The notes beneath the pieces were generated by a model, which had not been told where the DNA came from, ran no database searches, and worked only from the letters and a program-made list of their open reading frames with translations. A DNA stretch of 64,000 bases, taken from NCBI RefSeq assembly GCF_009834535.1, contig NC_045697.1, positions 118,050,001 to 118,114,000 on the forward strand. Reading direction: 5' to 3'. Both the position numbers and the translations under genes were made by a program. Below, in pieces: positions 11,988-25,118 of this stretch (its first letter is position 1; every line of letters begins with the position of its first letter). Source of the stretch: Camelus ferus. Taxonomy: Eukaryota.

Positions 11988-14900
11988 GCTTCTTCCTAAT
12001 GCTTTTGACTAAACTGAGCTCTTGCTTCTTTCTTAAAGATGATTCTTGGACCTCGAGTTCATTATTGAAGCTGAACAGAGAAATGGAAAACCTTAGACAT
12101 CCTTGCAGCTGCCACCAGAAACGTCAGCAGATATTCCATTTGAAGTGTCACATTTATCTTTGACTTGGGTTATTTCCTACGTAGAACACAAATAACTCAG
12201 CCGAGCTTCGCAGCCCCTTGAGAAATCCAAGTTTTCTCATTAAACCTCTGCTATCGCATGTCTGATCTGGAAAGTCATCTGGTCATATCTAGGCTTAGAC
12301 GTTACTTAGTCAAATTAGCTTTGAGACACTGGAAGAACAGAGAAGCCTGAAGCAAGGGACACATTTCCTGCTAAAAATGTCTCCAAGGAAACTCCTAAGA
12401 GCATCAGAGATGGACAGAGAGGTCAGGGGACACACAAGCTCTACTGGAAACAAGCAGTGACCCTTCGAGGGTGGCCTGGGCAGGTGCGAGCTCCAGACAC
12501 TCTGCAGTTAGAAAAGCAGCATTAACCCAGACAGGATGTGCGAGCCAGGCATCTCTAAGGGGACGGAGCACGTGGCGTCCAAGCATTCGCAACCTTCCAA
12601 TCCCGGATTCCGCTCGCGGTCCCTGCTGCTGGTCGGAGCAGCCTGGAGGGGAAACATAAAAAGTGTAAATGGAGGGTCAGAGCGCACAAGTCTCATGTGA
12701 CTTTCTGCAGAAAACAGGGGTGGACGTACCAGAAGCAGCGAACGTCCTAAGTCTGGTGGGTCAGCTGGTGGAGAGGGGTTCTTGGCACAAACGAGCAGCG
12801 TGCACGGCGGGTTCTGCCATATATGGGTGAGAGGCGAGACTTCCAAGCAAAATCCCTGTGATCTCAAACCTCATGCTCCTCAGACAGCTGGATCAAATTC
12901 CATTCCGTGTCAAAGTGGTACCTTAAGCTAGTTTATCTGGTTTGGCTTTGAAGTGGCAATAAAAACCAGGAAGCCTCCTGACCTGGGTCATTTCTAAAAA
13001 GAGTTGTTTTCTTTTAGTTTCTCCCATTTTAAGAGCAGCTACTTATAGGTATGTCTGTGAAATGGTGCAGGAAAGAGGGCGTTTCCTAACACAGGAAATG
13101 TGAAAGTAGCCCAGGAATTTTGCAAATTTATTGGAGATCTGGGCTTTAGGCAAGCACAGTATAAACAGTGGGTGCAACAGATTGAAGCAAGCATCTTTCC
13201 CAGTCAGGTACCACCTCCCGACGTGCTTAGAGAGACCTCGTTGATTTTATTTTTTGGTGGGCTTGTTCCACTCCAATGACACCTGGGATTTGAACTCCGT
13301 CACCGAGGAAAGAGACTGAACAAGGCCTGACATGTCCTGTTTTGCAAGCACAGGTCTTTTGACTTTTTGGCAAATAACTATCCTATCTGGGTTCATTCTA
13401 CTCCAGTGAGTTCTTCTGGAAAATCTAAAGTGTCAGTTACCTCCTGTAGGAGCCTTCAGGAAAGTCATCCTTTCTGAGATGGTTGAAAGTCAGCTTTGGA
13501 AAGAGTTATTCAACAGAAGTAGTTTTTGGAAAATGAAATAGCCATCATTTATCTCTGTGGTGATAAATGTTTCACTTCGTATATTATATGCTTTTTTTTC
13601 CCCCTTTAGCTTGTTTTATTTCTGCTAAAAATATCACGACGAATCTACTACTCATTACAAATAGTGCACGAAAGAATGTGTAATCTAAATCGAGTTAGTT
13701 TCTAGGTACCTTTTTTGCCAGTTTTACAAAAAAAAAATTATGAAGAAAGAGATTGTTCATGAATTAAAATAAGTTCTTTCGTGGTGAACTGAGGAATTCA
13801 ATGCCCGAGGGCCCCAGGGGCACTGCCCCACAGGGCCCACTGTACCTGGACACGGAGGTCCTCCGGTGATGTCAACCCAACCAGTTCTTCATGGATCCCA
13901 TTTCTTCAGGACTCTCCCAAGACAATCTGACGAGATGTGCGTGCTGCCTGAAGTAAAATTCTTTCAAATGGGAATCACAGGATGATTTAACCAAAGATAA
14001 GACTAGATTTAGGGCAGTTTCAGTGCCCTGCCAGTTGGCGGGGTCTATTGACTGGATGGTACCTCTTCTCTAGGAGAAAACATGTTGTTTTTGGTTACTT
14101 GCCTTCCAAATCATGAACAATGTAAAACTGGCCATAATTTGCTGCTTTCAATTTTGCATTAGCCACATCAACAATAAAATAAAGAAAGAAACCTAATTCC
14201 CTCCCCCACAAAATGACAATTGCTAATAGTCCCCATTTCCCTCGTCTTAATCGTTATGTAAATAGACCAAGGGATATAAATAGTTTCCTTCAAAAGCTCT
14301 TTTAGTGTTTGCATCCAATACACACATTTCCCTCAGAAAAAAATCACACCAAAAAGGACATTGAAACAGTCAGCATCCTCACGTCCTTTTAGCTGACTCT
14401 GATTTCCTTTAGGTAGGTTCTGTCTGCTGCCAGTTGTCAGGGTGAGCGTCGTTCACCATCTCCGTGGTCCTTCTGCGTGGTCTGTTGATGGAGAGATGGC
14501 TGGGAAGCTTGGATGCTGACTTCCTCTGGATATATGTGAAGGATGCAGCACTTCTGCTGACCTGGAAACAAGGCAGTTGCTGCTCCACAATCTGTGACAG
14601 TCCCGCAGGAGGCAGCCATTGGGAATATCTGAGAAAAATTCACGCTACTCAGAAGCTGTTTCGTGCAAGAATCAAATGGTCAGAGTTCATCTTCTGAGCC
14701 ACCAATTTTTGAGCATCCTTTTGATTTTGCTTGACAGTGTCATTGAGCTGTGAGGAGTTTTCTTCTATGGGAGTGCTGGGTTTATTTTTTGAAGCAAATT
14801 AAAATTCATTTGAGAAGAGAGTAATGTGGGAGTCGAGTTGATATGTTGGCAGAGTGCATGGGAAATTTTCTTCCTGAGTATTTCTGATCCCACTGGGGAG

Positions 14901-15143
14901 GGATACCAGAAAAGGGCCTCAGTCTGCTCTCACGAGGCTCGAGACTTGAAAGGCACACACCCACAATGTTCAGACAAGAGTCTCCGAGAGCCTGGTCCGA
15001 GTCCTAAGAAGCATTTCCACCCTTCTGTGGGTCTCCTCTTCTACCTGTGCTGATGTCCAGGCTGGTCAACGCTTGTTTGCGCCATGAGAGTGAAAGAGGA
15101 AAAGTGAGTGAAAGGCACACCTTTTTTTTCGGACATTAAAACA

Positions 15144-15220
15144 TGTGCAAGACTGGGACATGGTGCGGTACACCAGAAGTTGACACATTGTAACTGACTA
15201 TGCATCAATTTAAAAAAAAA
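15144..15220 (+). mobile_element. Short L1 3' tip
   Basis: GACTGGGACATGGTGCGGTACACCAGAAGTTGACACATTGTAACTGACTA plus A-tail; same motif as 2447-2509 and 19060-19127. Confidence 0.85.
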
Positions 15221-15774
15221 CCAATCAGGTGAAAAACATCCTCATAACAACAGACAGAACTTCCACTGACTTAATTCTACTCTGTTCCTTTGTGGAGAGA
15301 CCATATATAATCTTTTTTTGAAAGAGAGTTGCTGCATGTAGATTCTAAATCCCGTTTTTCTCATCAGTTTCCTCATGAAACTTCTCTCTCCCTTCTTTTG
15401 ATTCTCTGCTTGTGTAAAAAGGCCTCTCTCACCTCTCCTTGGGTGAGTGAGTGCTTCAGAACATCAGCCACACACTTAGATGCTCTGGATGATACAGGTA
15501 AGCTCTGAACTGAGCTGAGCAGACCTTCTGGTAAGAAACTATTTTATACAGAATGCTGCTTAAAGATACATTGGGTTTAGACAGTGGGATATGCGTTAGC
15601 TTCAGAACAACTTAATTTAAACCCTGCCTTCTGGCTCCAGAATTTATGCTCTCAACCATGACCCCATGTTGTGTGTACTGTGTGTGTTATTTCACAGATA
15701 GTTTTACAAGTCATTGTTTGAAAGAAGACATTTGATTTCATTCCTTTTAATTCAGTTATTTTATGTTATTGAGT

Positions 15775-16205
15775 GCATTGGTTATCTTTGGGTGCATAAA
15801 AAAGTTACGCCCACACTTAGTGGTGTAAGGCAATGAACATTTATCATCTCACAGCTTAGCTGGGTTCTGTGCCTCAGAGCCTCCTGCGATGTCACTTACA
15901 GGACTGGCGGGGCTGCGGTCTTATCTGAAGGCACAGCCCAGCTGTGCAGCCTTCTTCCCCTGGTTGCTGGCAGGCTTCCGTTTCCTTTCTTTTCTTTTTT
16001 TTAGTTTTTTATTTGTTTGTGTTGGGGGGATATAATTAGGTTTATTTATTTATTAAATTGAGGCACTGGGGATTGAATCCAGGACCTCAGGCATGCTAAG
16101 CAGGTGCTCTGCCAGTTCCGGACTTGAAGGCTGTTGCACCGAGGGTCTCTGTGTCTTGCCAGCTGTTGGCCACACTTGCCATGTGGGCCTTTCCACGGCA
16201 GCTCC
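15775..16205 (-). mobile_element. MaLR LTR remnant (MLT1-like), interrupted by a SINE
   Basis: CACTTAGTGGTGTAAGGCAATGAACATTTATCATCTCACAG, GGGGCTGCGGTCTTATCTGAAGGC and TTGCCATGTGGGCCTTTCCA are typical antisense MLT1 motifs. Confidence 0.65.
15985..16114 (-). mobile_element. tRNA-Ala-derived SINE (Vic-1-like), 5' end lost
   Basis: GAGGCACTGGGGATTGAATCCAGGACCTCAGGCATGCTAAGCAGGTGCTCTGCCA preceded by TAATTAGGTTTATTTATTT and a T-rich tail. Confidence 0.88.
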
Positions 16206-16733
16206 CGATACATCATCTAGTGTAACTGTGTGATCTATTCCAACACATTTGAAATGTTTGCTGTATAATAGAACTGTTTTTATTAAAATAAGCTCTTTAT
16301 GCTGTGGCGTTTACTCTTTTGGACACTATTTTGTATATTTTAAAACCCATGCTGTCAACTACCTGGTGAAGTAAAGATATTAGAATCTGGTGTTCAATGA
16401 CAACCTATGTGTTTAGAAAGTCTATTTTGATTACTTTTTGAGCGGCCTAGACCACACAGCTATTGTGTAATCAACCCTTGTTAACTAATTAAACTCACCC
16501 ATGCGATACAACCCAACTGAGCCCAGTGTATTTGAGAGAATGGGGGAAACCATGCTCTGTAAGAATAAAAATATTTGTTTATTTGTTTACATATATATGG
16601 GTTACATACATAATGAAAAAGACATGTTTAAAGTTCTGTTTGACACTCTCAAATATACAGGCTTTGCTAAGATGCTTCAAGCTTGCTCATCTTGTATGCT
16701 GAATAGCTTTTTCTTTTTATTGTGTGTGCAACA

Positions 16734-16751
16734 GTGTGTGTGTGTGTGTGT
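16734..16751. repeat. (GT)n microsatellite
   Basis: Direct reading, about 9 units. Confidence 0.85.
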
Positions 16752-16934
16752 TTGAGCACAGCATAGCCAGTTTTTCAGAAACCATAGGTGACAAATATTA
16801 TATGATACTTAGAGTAAAACTATTTGAAGGAAATATTTACTTTCTTTCATTTAGTGAGAATTTCTATGAGTGAAGAAGAGATACGCCCATCTCTTTGGGG
16901 GATTAAAAAATGAATCAAATCCCTGCCTTCATGG

Positions 16935-17085
16935 AAAGAGTTTGGACTTTGAATTCAGAGAGGCACAATGTAATGTACTTTGATTCCTCTGGGCCTCAGT
17001 TTCCTCATCCATATAGTAGAAATAATATTAATGCTTATTTACAGGGTGCATAAATGACTTAAATTGCATGGCACACGTGATGTTT
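16935..17085 (+). mobile_element. MIR SINE remnant
   Basis: MIR core CCTCTGGGCCTCAGTTTCCTCATCCATATAGTAGAAATAATA. Confidence 0.75.
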
Positions 17086-17672
17086 CTTAAACACCATAAG
17101 GGTCTGATAAGTCTCCGCTTTCATCTCCCCTGGCTGCCGTGGGACTCAGGAGGGAAGAGAAAACAAGGCTCAGATCATTGAGGCACAAGGTTCAGGGTGG
17201 TAAAAGCTGTAAGAGGAATGGACGACTTGCTGCAGGGACGTAGAAAATGAAAATACGCTTTTTTGGAATTACTTCAAGATGGTGGACTGAGTCTTTTCCA
17301 CAGACTCTGGCTCCCCCAATAGACCTTTGCAAAACACAGAAAACAGATTATAGAAAGTTCAGTTAAAATTAAATCTAAACTAACTGGGATGTTAATTTTT
17401 TTTCCTATGGTTTTTACAAGCTAGATTCCCTGTCTTGTTGTGTGGTGAAGAGTCTTCACATGGTGAAGGACTCTGGGTCTGCCCTGGATGCCGTACTAAA
17501 ATCTTCCTCCTAACCCCAAACAAAGTGTACACATTGTAGATATTTATTAGAGGAAAAAGGGGGGAAATAACAAAATAGGGAAGCAAACACAAAACAAGTG
17601 AAAACAAGGGTGAAATTTTCATTTGGACAATTTATAAACTCAGTTTAATTAGAATAAAAAATGTTGGCCTTT

Positions 17673-18053
17673 GTTTATCTATTTTATATATAGCAGTTAG
17701 TATCTGCAAATCTCAAACTCCCAATTTATCCCTTCCCATCCCCCTTCCCCCTGTAACCATAAGTTTGTTTTCTATGTCTGTGAATTTCTTTCTGTTTTGT
17801 AAAAAAGTTCACTTGTGTCATTTTTTTAGAGACCACAGATAAGTGACATCACATGGTGTTTGTCTTTCTCTGTCTGGCTGACTTCACTTAGAATGAGGAC
17901 ATCACAGGCAACTATATTCAATACCTTGTAATGGCCTATAATGATAAAGATTACGAAAAGGAACATATGTATGTATATGTATGACTGAAACATGATGCTG
18001 TGCATCAGAAATTGATGTAACATTGTAAACTGTATTTCAATGAAAATTTTTTT
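17673..18053 (+). mobile_element. 5'-inverted L1 insertion (inverted 17673-17897, sense 17903-18053)
   Basis: Antisense 3'UTR block followed by the next downstream part of the 3'UTR in sense; TSD-like GTTGGCCTTT (17663-17672) / GTTGACCTTT (18056-18065). Confidence 0.88.
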
Positions 18054-18367
18054 AAGTTGACCTTTAACATGTAACTTCATACCTCCTGCCATTTGCAACT
18101 TAATAATAAATATAAACATATATGTGTCGTGTAAGAAATAGAATGATTTTTTGAATTACAGCTTAAATCCTTTTCTTAAGAATAAATATAATGCAAAATT
18201 TTAAAGGTTCTTAGCCAATATCTTTTCTTTGCACACTGAGAGCACAAGGCTGGAAGACTCTTTGTTCTTGAAGTTGGTATGAAAGGCTTTCAGATTTCAG
18301 TCACTTTCCTCTTTAGCTATTTAATACGTGTTAGGAATGAAAAAAGCTGATTTTTCAACAGTAAATT

Positions 18368-19127
18368 AGGGTGTGGAGAAAAGAGAACCCTCCTACACTG
18401 CTGGTGGGAATGTAGTTTGTTGCAGCCATTATGGAAAACAGTATAGAGATTCCTCAAAAAACTAAAAATAGACTTAACCTATGATCCAGCAATCCCACTT
18501 CTGGGTATATATCTGGAAGGAAGTCTAATTTGAAAAGATATGTGCACCCCAATATTCATAGCAGCACTATTTACAATAGCCAATACATGGAAGCAACCTA
18601 AATGTCCATTAACAGATGACTGGATAAAAAAGCTCTGGTATATTTACACAGTGGAATATTACGCAGCCACAAAAAAGAATAAAACAAAATAATGCCATTT
18701 GCAGCAACATGGATAGACCTAGAGATCGTTGTTCTAAGTGAAGTAAGCTAGGAAGAGAAAGAAAAATACCATATGATATCACACATATGTGGAATCCAAA
18801 AAAAAAGAAAAGAATAAAAGGACCCTAATAAACTCATCTACAAAACAGAAAAAGACTCACAGACCTAGTGAACAATCTTATGGTTACCAGTGAAAGGGGG
18901 TGAGAAAGGATAAATTTGGGAGTTTGAGATTTACAAATGTTAGCCACTGTATACAAAATTAGATTTTTAAAAAAAGTTTCTTCTGTATAGCACAGAGAGC
19001 TATGACAAACATCTTGTAATAACCTTTAATGAAAATGAATATACATATGTAAATGCATGGCTGGGACATTGTGCTGTACACCAGAAACTGACACGTTGTA
19101 ACTGACTGTACTTCAATTAAAAAAAAT
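18368..19127 (+). mobile_element. 5'-truncated L1 (ORF2 C-terminus plus full 3'UTR)
   Basis: Starts GGGTGTGGAGAAAAGAGAACCCTCCTACACTG and ends in an A-tail; TSD CAGTAAATT at 18359-18367 and 19128-19136. Confidence 0.96.
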
Positions 19128-19342
19128 CAGTAAATTGTTGTAATGAACAAATGTCATGCTTCTGGGTCTTTCCACAGTGCGGGCAATGTGATAAGTAAGC
19201 TGGTTTCCCTGAGGGTGAACAATGAGGTGTAAGCTGACATTATGAGCCACCGCTGTCTACAAACCCAAAACTTGTGGAAGATGGCTCAGCACCGAGAGGT
19301 TGATGACAGTGATGACAGTAATGATAGCCTAGTTTGGAAAAT

Positions 19343-19520
19343 GTGCTTTAGACATAATGTAATTCCCACAGGGCTCCTGGGTGTGGCTAATATTACTCTC
19401 ATTTGACAGAGGAGAAGACTGAGGCACAGGAAATGGTGGTGTTTGCTTTCGCAGCATCCATTTGGGACGTGGCAGATTGGGCAGTCTGGTTCCACAGCTG
19501 GAGCACTTGACCTCTAATAG
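19343..19520 (-). mobile_element. MIR SINE remnant
   Basis: Antisense MIR core TATTACTCTCATTTGACAGAGGAGAAGACTGAGGCACAG. Confidence 0.72.
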
Positions 19521-20238
19521 CCTCTTGACCCCGAAAGATACTGCCTCCTCAGGGAGGAGTCTAGATATTAGATTTCTTGAGAACAATTCTCACTAACACT
19601 CCTTTTGGATTCGGAGTCACAGTTCTCCCATTAAGGCTTCTTGTTATCATCTCTAAACGTTCCTGTGACGCAGCGTGACTTTACACCCGGACGAGGATGA
19701 CGAAGTATCAGAACAGCGTTTGGGTTTGTACCAGCGGGTGATCGTGCAGAGCCTGCAATCTCCTGCCCCAACACTCATGTGCCTTCCAGCCAACTGGGGC
19801 CAGAGAGGGCTCAGATTAAGGGCAGGGTCTTTCTATACTTGGAACATGTCAGAAAGTCTCTGCTCTTGTCAGCACTGGGTGATTCTGAAACCCCTCCTTC
19901 CCCTTCAGCCCTGCTCACAGGTACATTAAGATGACAACACACAGCCACGAATTAGATGCCCTCCTGCTTAGGACGGTTTCAGTACGGAAAACATTGCCAA
20001 TGGCCGACTCTTTTTATATGACGCCCCGACTCCTCACTCGTGTATCTGTGGAAGATGTCTGTTTCTCTTCCTCTGGATTTAACCTCTCCTGGTACATGAA
20101 CTATGACCTTAAACACTTAGAAATGCATTCTGTTTTTTCGGGAGTTGGGGGTAGTACGCTTGGTAAGTCTGCATTTTAAAGGTGCAATCTTCTATCTCAT
20201 TTGAATGGTAGAGGTAAGATCTAGAAAACTCTATCTGA

Positions 20239-20346
20239 GGGGGAAGATATAGCTCAAGTGGTAGAGCACGTGCTTAGCATGCACAAGGTCCTGGGTTTAA
20301 TTCCCAGTACCTCCATTAAGATAAATAAAATAAAATTTAAAAAAAT
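20239..20346 (+). mobile_element. tRNA-Ala-derived SINE (Vic-1-like)
   Basis: A box TAGCTCAAGTGG, anticodon arm GTGC-TTAGCAT-GCAC (AGC), mutated B box GGTTTAATTCC, A-rich tail. Confidence 0.92.
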
Positions 20347-20610
20347 AGTGATTTGGCTTCGCAGCTATATCCCTTTGCTTAACACATTTCCTCCTTCTGC
20401 TAAATAAATATTATTTAAATATTTTATTCTTGATAAGAAAAATTTGCAAATAATTCTGAAAAAACACACCATACTCTGAAAACTTCCTGAACCCCCAGCC
20501 ACGTCCATCCAGGCCAGAGTTACTGCCTGCAGATGGTCTCAACACTCCTCTGAAAACTCAGGCTGTTTCATCACTGACACCATCAAGGTTAATATATATA
20601 AATAAGGAAG

Positions 20611-20752
20611 GAGAGGGAGAGGATAGCTCAGTGATAGAGCACGTGCTCAGCATGCGCAAGGTCCTGGGTTCAATCCCCAGCACCTCCATTAAAATGAGTA
20701 AGTAAATAAATCTAGTTACCTCTCCCCTTAAAAATAATACATTTAAAAAAAA
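20611..20752 (+). mobile_element. tRNA-Ala-derived SINE (Vic-1-like)
   Basis: TAGCTCAGTGATAGAGCACGTGCTCAGCATGCGCAAGGTCCTGGGTTCAATCCCCAGCACCTCCA plus family 3' segment and A tail. Confidence 0.92.
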
Positions 20753-21714
20753 GCATTTGGAATGTTTTTATACTGAGGCAACAGAGAAATGGAAAAACTT
20801 TCAGAATGCTGTACAGGGAAGCTGAGAAAGAAAATGAGGCTCACTTGTTGTCTGGTCAGTGGAAATCATGAGAAATCATGTCTGTTTCTCAAGGACCACG
20901 GCCAAGAACCAGAGCTCACTAGCGGCCCAAGTGGACTGAAAACACCATCTCCAGACTCCCGCGCTAAGACTCTTTAAGACACAAAAGGGGACTAGGTGTC
21001 TTTTAATAATATTGTCTTCATTTTATTTCACAGATTTGCCTGCTTGCCTAGGGGTGCGGTTGGGGTCTGAAAAATTCAAACGAGCATCGAGAAATTCTTC
21101 TCTTCAGATATTTCTAAAACAGAGTGAAGTGTACAGATCAACCTGATCAGACTAAGCGCCTGAGCCACCCTGTCTACCCCAGGGCCTGATACAAAGGCTC
21201 TCTCATGACTTTCAGAAGGTATGTGGCAATCGTAAAGAGTTATGCCGGGCTGTTAAGGAGGAATGTTTTTTCTTGGACAGATAAGGATCAGGTGAGCCTT
21301 TGTGGTGCCAGAAATAAGATAAAATTTCACTTGGAGCTGGAGCTGTGTTGATCTGCTTATCCACGTGACATGTAGCCGTTCAGAGCCTTTGGGGCCACAG
21401 AGGGACCCGCCCAGATTACTCCCCCTCCGCCGAGAGACGCGAGGGCTCCACGTTGACAGCCCCTCGGCTGTGCTGGCCACGCCAACAGCTGCACCTACCT
21501 GCTGGCATCATGCTGGGTCTTTTTCAAAGGAAATAAGGCAATTAGAAGGCTTCTTTTATAAAGTCAGCAAACGGCATCTGACCTACGGTGGAAACCCCAT
21601 ATTTAACTGCAGTTTGCAAGTCATGTTTTTCCCTTTGACCTATTTCTATTTATTTATTTTTTTCATAGAGTTCACAGCAAAACTGTTTATTCTAAGCAAC
21701 AAATCACACTTTCA

Positions 21715-21851
21715 GGGGGTAGTGTGTCGCTCAGCGGTAGAGAGTTTTCTTAGCATACACAAGGTCTTGGGTTCAACCCCCAGTGCCTCCTTTAAAAAGA
21801 TAAGTAAATAAACCTAATTACTTCCCCCCTCAAAAATAAAGTTAAAAAAAA
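21715..21851 (+). mobile_element. tRNA-Ala-derived SINE (Vic-1-like), more diverged
   Basis: GCTCAGCGGTAGAG...CTTAGCATACACAAGGTCTTGGGTTCAACCCCCAGTGCCTCC...AAATAAACCTAATTAC plus A tail. Confidence 0.9.
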
Positions 21852-24800
21852 CTCCCACAGTTTCCTCTGACCTCCTTCCTTTCTTGCTGTTAACTGTGAT
21901 AACTATGATTTCAGCTTTTCAAAAGCACCACGTGTGGTCCTCGTCCGAGGCTGACATTTATTTGGGAAATATGATTTTTCAGTTTATGGGGATGCATCAA
22001 CCCTCGCGTTCATTTCTGTTAAAACTTTTTCAGTGAAGAAACTTTTTGCGAAGCCAAAGTTTCTTACTAACATCCTTGAAATCAGGTACGTTAGTTTCTC
22101 TACGTTCAAATTGCAGAAGTGCATTTTCAGATCATAGCTCCCAGACCAAGTCCAAATCCAGAAGTTCTTGGGTTGCACGCCATTCAGCAATCTGACCAAA
22201 CAGACCTGAAATGAGAACCCCACGGCAGGTATGAACTCCAGGGAGACTTTGGCAAAGAGAGATCGCACCTGTTCCAGCTTCTGGTAAAATAAATCACAGT
22301 TATAGAAAGGACTGCCTGTTAGCAATAAGAGAACACCCTTCGGTACACTTTTTCTATTATTCAGACTGAAAATCAAAAGACCAGCTCCCCTCTGCATACC
22401 TTCACTCATAGACAAGTAGTTGGTTTTGTTTTTATTAAAGCTGATTTTTCTAATATGACCCATAAGTATAGTCCTCTGCCATTTCTTATTGTCTCAGCAG
22501 TGTCAACTAAAATCCTTTAAAATACTCAAAGGGCTTAGTCCGAGACCAAGGGTCTTCTAAAGTAGGGTGATGTCATTGGCAGCCAGATTTCGCCAATATG
22601 AGTCTGTCACTCAACTTTTCATTGTTCGTGATGACAAATTGGAGAATGCAGCCACAGACTGAGAAATACACAAGTCCTGTTTATTTTAGGAATGCACCTG
22701 TGGTACCTCACAGTGCTCAGCAAGGTGGGGTCGTCCAAGCTGCTCCGCCCTTTGACATTTCTTTATGAGCGATGCTGATAGAGGCCAGAAATAATTCATG
22801 AACCATAGAACAGCTAATTTCACTCAAATCTTTCTCAGGCTAAAACATTGAACAGGATCATTCTCAAAATAAACCACCTTTTCTCATTCTAAGGAGCAAT
22901 TTCATTAAAAAAAAAAAATCCAAATCGTTAGCTAAAACCAATCCATCACAGTCACCATTCAGGAGCTGTGCCTCCAATACATCAAAGGTAATAAAGGCCT
23001 ATTATAAAATGAATTAAAAAAAAATTGCATGGTTCTTTCATTATGTTCATGGTGGAGCATTTACGTGATTGCTATGTGAGTCATTCTTTTTAATATGTCT
23101 GCTATTCTAGCTGGGACATTAAAAAAATCTATATAAATGTCATTCCACTACATCACACACTTAGGTACTAAATCACACAAAAATGAATGTCAAATGCAAA
23201 CACTACTAATAGGAAAACCCTAGAAAAGGAACATAGTATGTTTCATTAAAGGCAAAATTCATTTGTACCACAGACAGTGATTAATAGGCATAAGAAAATC
23301 TATGAACAAGGCAGACTGAGTTTTTGAAAGTTTCCTCACCGTACACTTTGCTATACCATTTTGTCTCTCCTTCTATGGGATACCCTGACCTAGTTCACTA
23401 AATAGGAAACGACACGTTCAACGTAGTCAAGGTATTTTGTGTTTGCTGTAGTTCATTAATTCCTATGTCTTAATTATCGTAAAGCGTTATAAACTTTACC
23501 ACAAGAATTAAAAGCATTCAAGTTGAGTTATTTAAGTGTTATGGTTGATTATGGGAACAGAGACATTTCCTTAGTTCACTGCCTAAAAGAATGTCCTTGC
23601 CTTATTGATGTCACCCTGTAATTCTTATTTCAAGTGCTCAGTCATGGGAATTTTACTGTTGGCATAAATTTTCTTTGACCACAAATTGGCTCATCTGCAA
23701 ATCTGCAGGTCTTTGTACAGCATGTTTGAAAGGGTGAATGAAAGTCAGAATGTCAATATATTTATTGGCAAAATGACAACAACCCATTACCTTTTCTGCA
23801 GCATTTTCATTTCTATAAGGAATTCACTGTGATTTCATTTGTCTTCTGAATAAGAGGCATTCAAAGAAAAAAAATTATGTAGAATTTAAAATTCTTAAAG
23901 CTTCTGGAGAACATGGGGTGTCTGTATTTTCCACCAGCCATAAGTAAAATTACTGATTTACTCTTAGGAGTTACTCCACCGAGTAACCCAGATCACTGAC
24001 TCCATTTAAACCACAGACACTTCTGTTACACTTCCTGGTAACCTCAGTTTTTAGGGAGATAATTGAAGACATATGAATTTGCTTTTGCCTGTATTTCCCT
24101 ATAAGGTACTCTGAAACTTCTATTTTAAAAGAATTAAACAAGCGTAATGATGGTGGTGGTGGGCATGGAGCAGTGACTAAGAGAGTTCTGGCCCCTGACC
24201 TCCATTTATACTGACTATTGGGGAAAATAAAGAATTTAACTGGGGATTGCAGGAAGGTGTGATTGTTTTAATAGAGGAAGTGCAGAGTACTTTAAGGTGG
24301 TGTGTGGAGACACGAGTCTAACCTAGTTTCAAGTGTGTTGGAAAGGTCTGCAAAGGAATGACTTTTTAAGGTATAATCTAAAGACAGACTGTTGAGTAGC
24401 AGGCAGCCGGGCAAATACAGGGAGGGAGGAAGGGAGAAGGCATTACAGATGAAGGGAGACTGAGCGGGAGCCCAGATCCCAGAGCCTGGCAAGTCTCACA
24501 GGACGAAGCAAGTCCCATGTGTCTGGAGAGGAACCCGAGACGGGAGATGCTGCTGTGGGAAGGCTTTGTGAATTACATCACAGGTAGCAGGAAGCCACGC
24601 AGGTGACAGGGAAGTGGTCCATACATGTTGGTCCTTCTGTTCCAGCGTGGACCAACAATTGAATGACCAAACATTTTCATCATTCACCCTTGTCAGGATG
24701 AAATTTTGAGCACCTACCTTCAATGCATTTAGATGTAGTTATTTGTAAATTCGATAGGTCTACTTGACTGATTGGCCAGCATCTACTTGATTGGCCAGTA

Positions 24801-25118
24801 TCTCAAGATCCACTGTGCGTTTTGGCTAAAGTTCATTAATAATACCTAATAGAGAATTTAAAATTCTATCTGATTTCTTGTCAATTTGATTAGATTAGCA
24901 TTGTTTCTGCCTGATGATGCAGCTAAGAGAAAACTAAATTTAGAATTTTATGCTCTGATATTATCTTTTTTCTTTTTTTCCTTTTTCAGTTTTATTATGT
25001 AGAATTATTACAGTGCAACTACACATACACATTATATTGCATGTAAATACATATATACAGTATACTGTACTTTTTTTTAGTTTACATATAGGTACTAATT
25101 ATTGTTTCTAAGAACAAT

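Noticed and set aside
20239..20315. tRNA-Ala(AGC)-like gene
   Set aside because: B box mutated, poor acceptor stem, A-rich tail, and five more diverged copies (some with TSDs) in the window; it is a SINE, not a tRNA gene.
21984..22463. 159-aa minus-strand ORF with internal acceptor-like sites
   Set aside because: No recognisable homology in any frame and no compatible neighbouring exons; cannot be supported without a database search.
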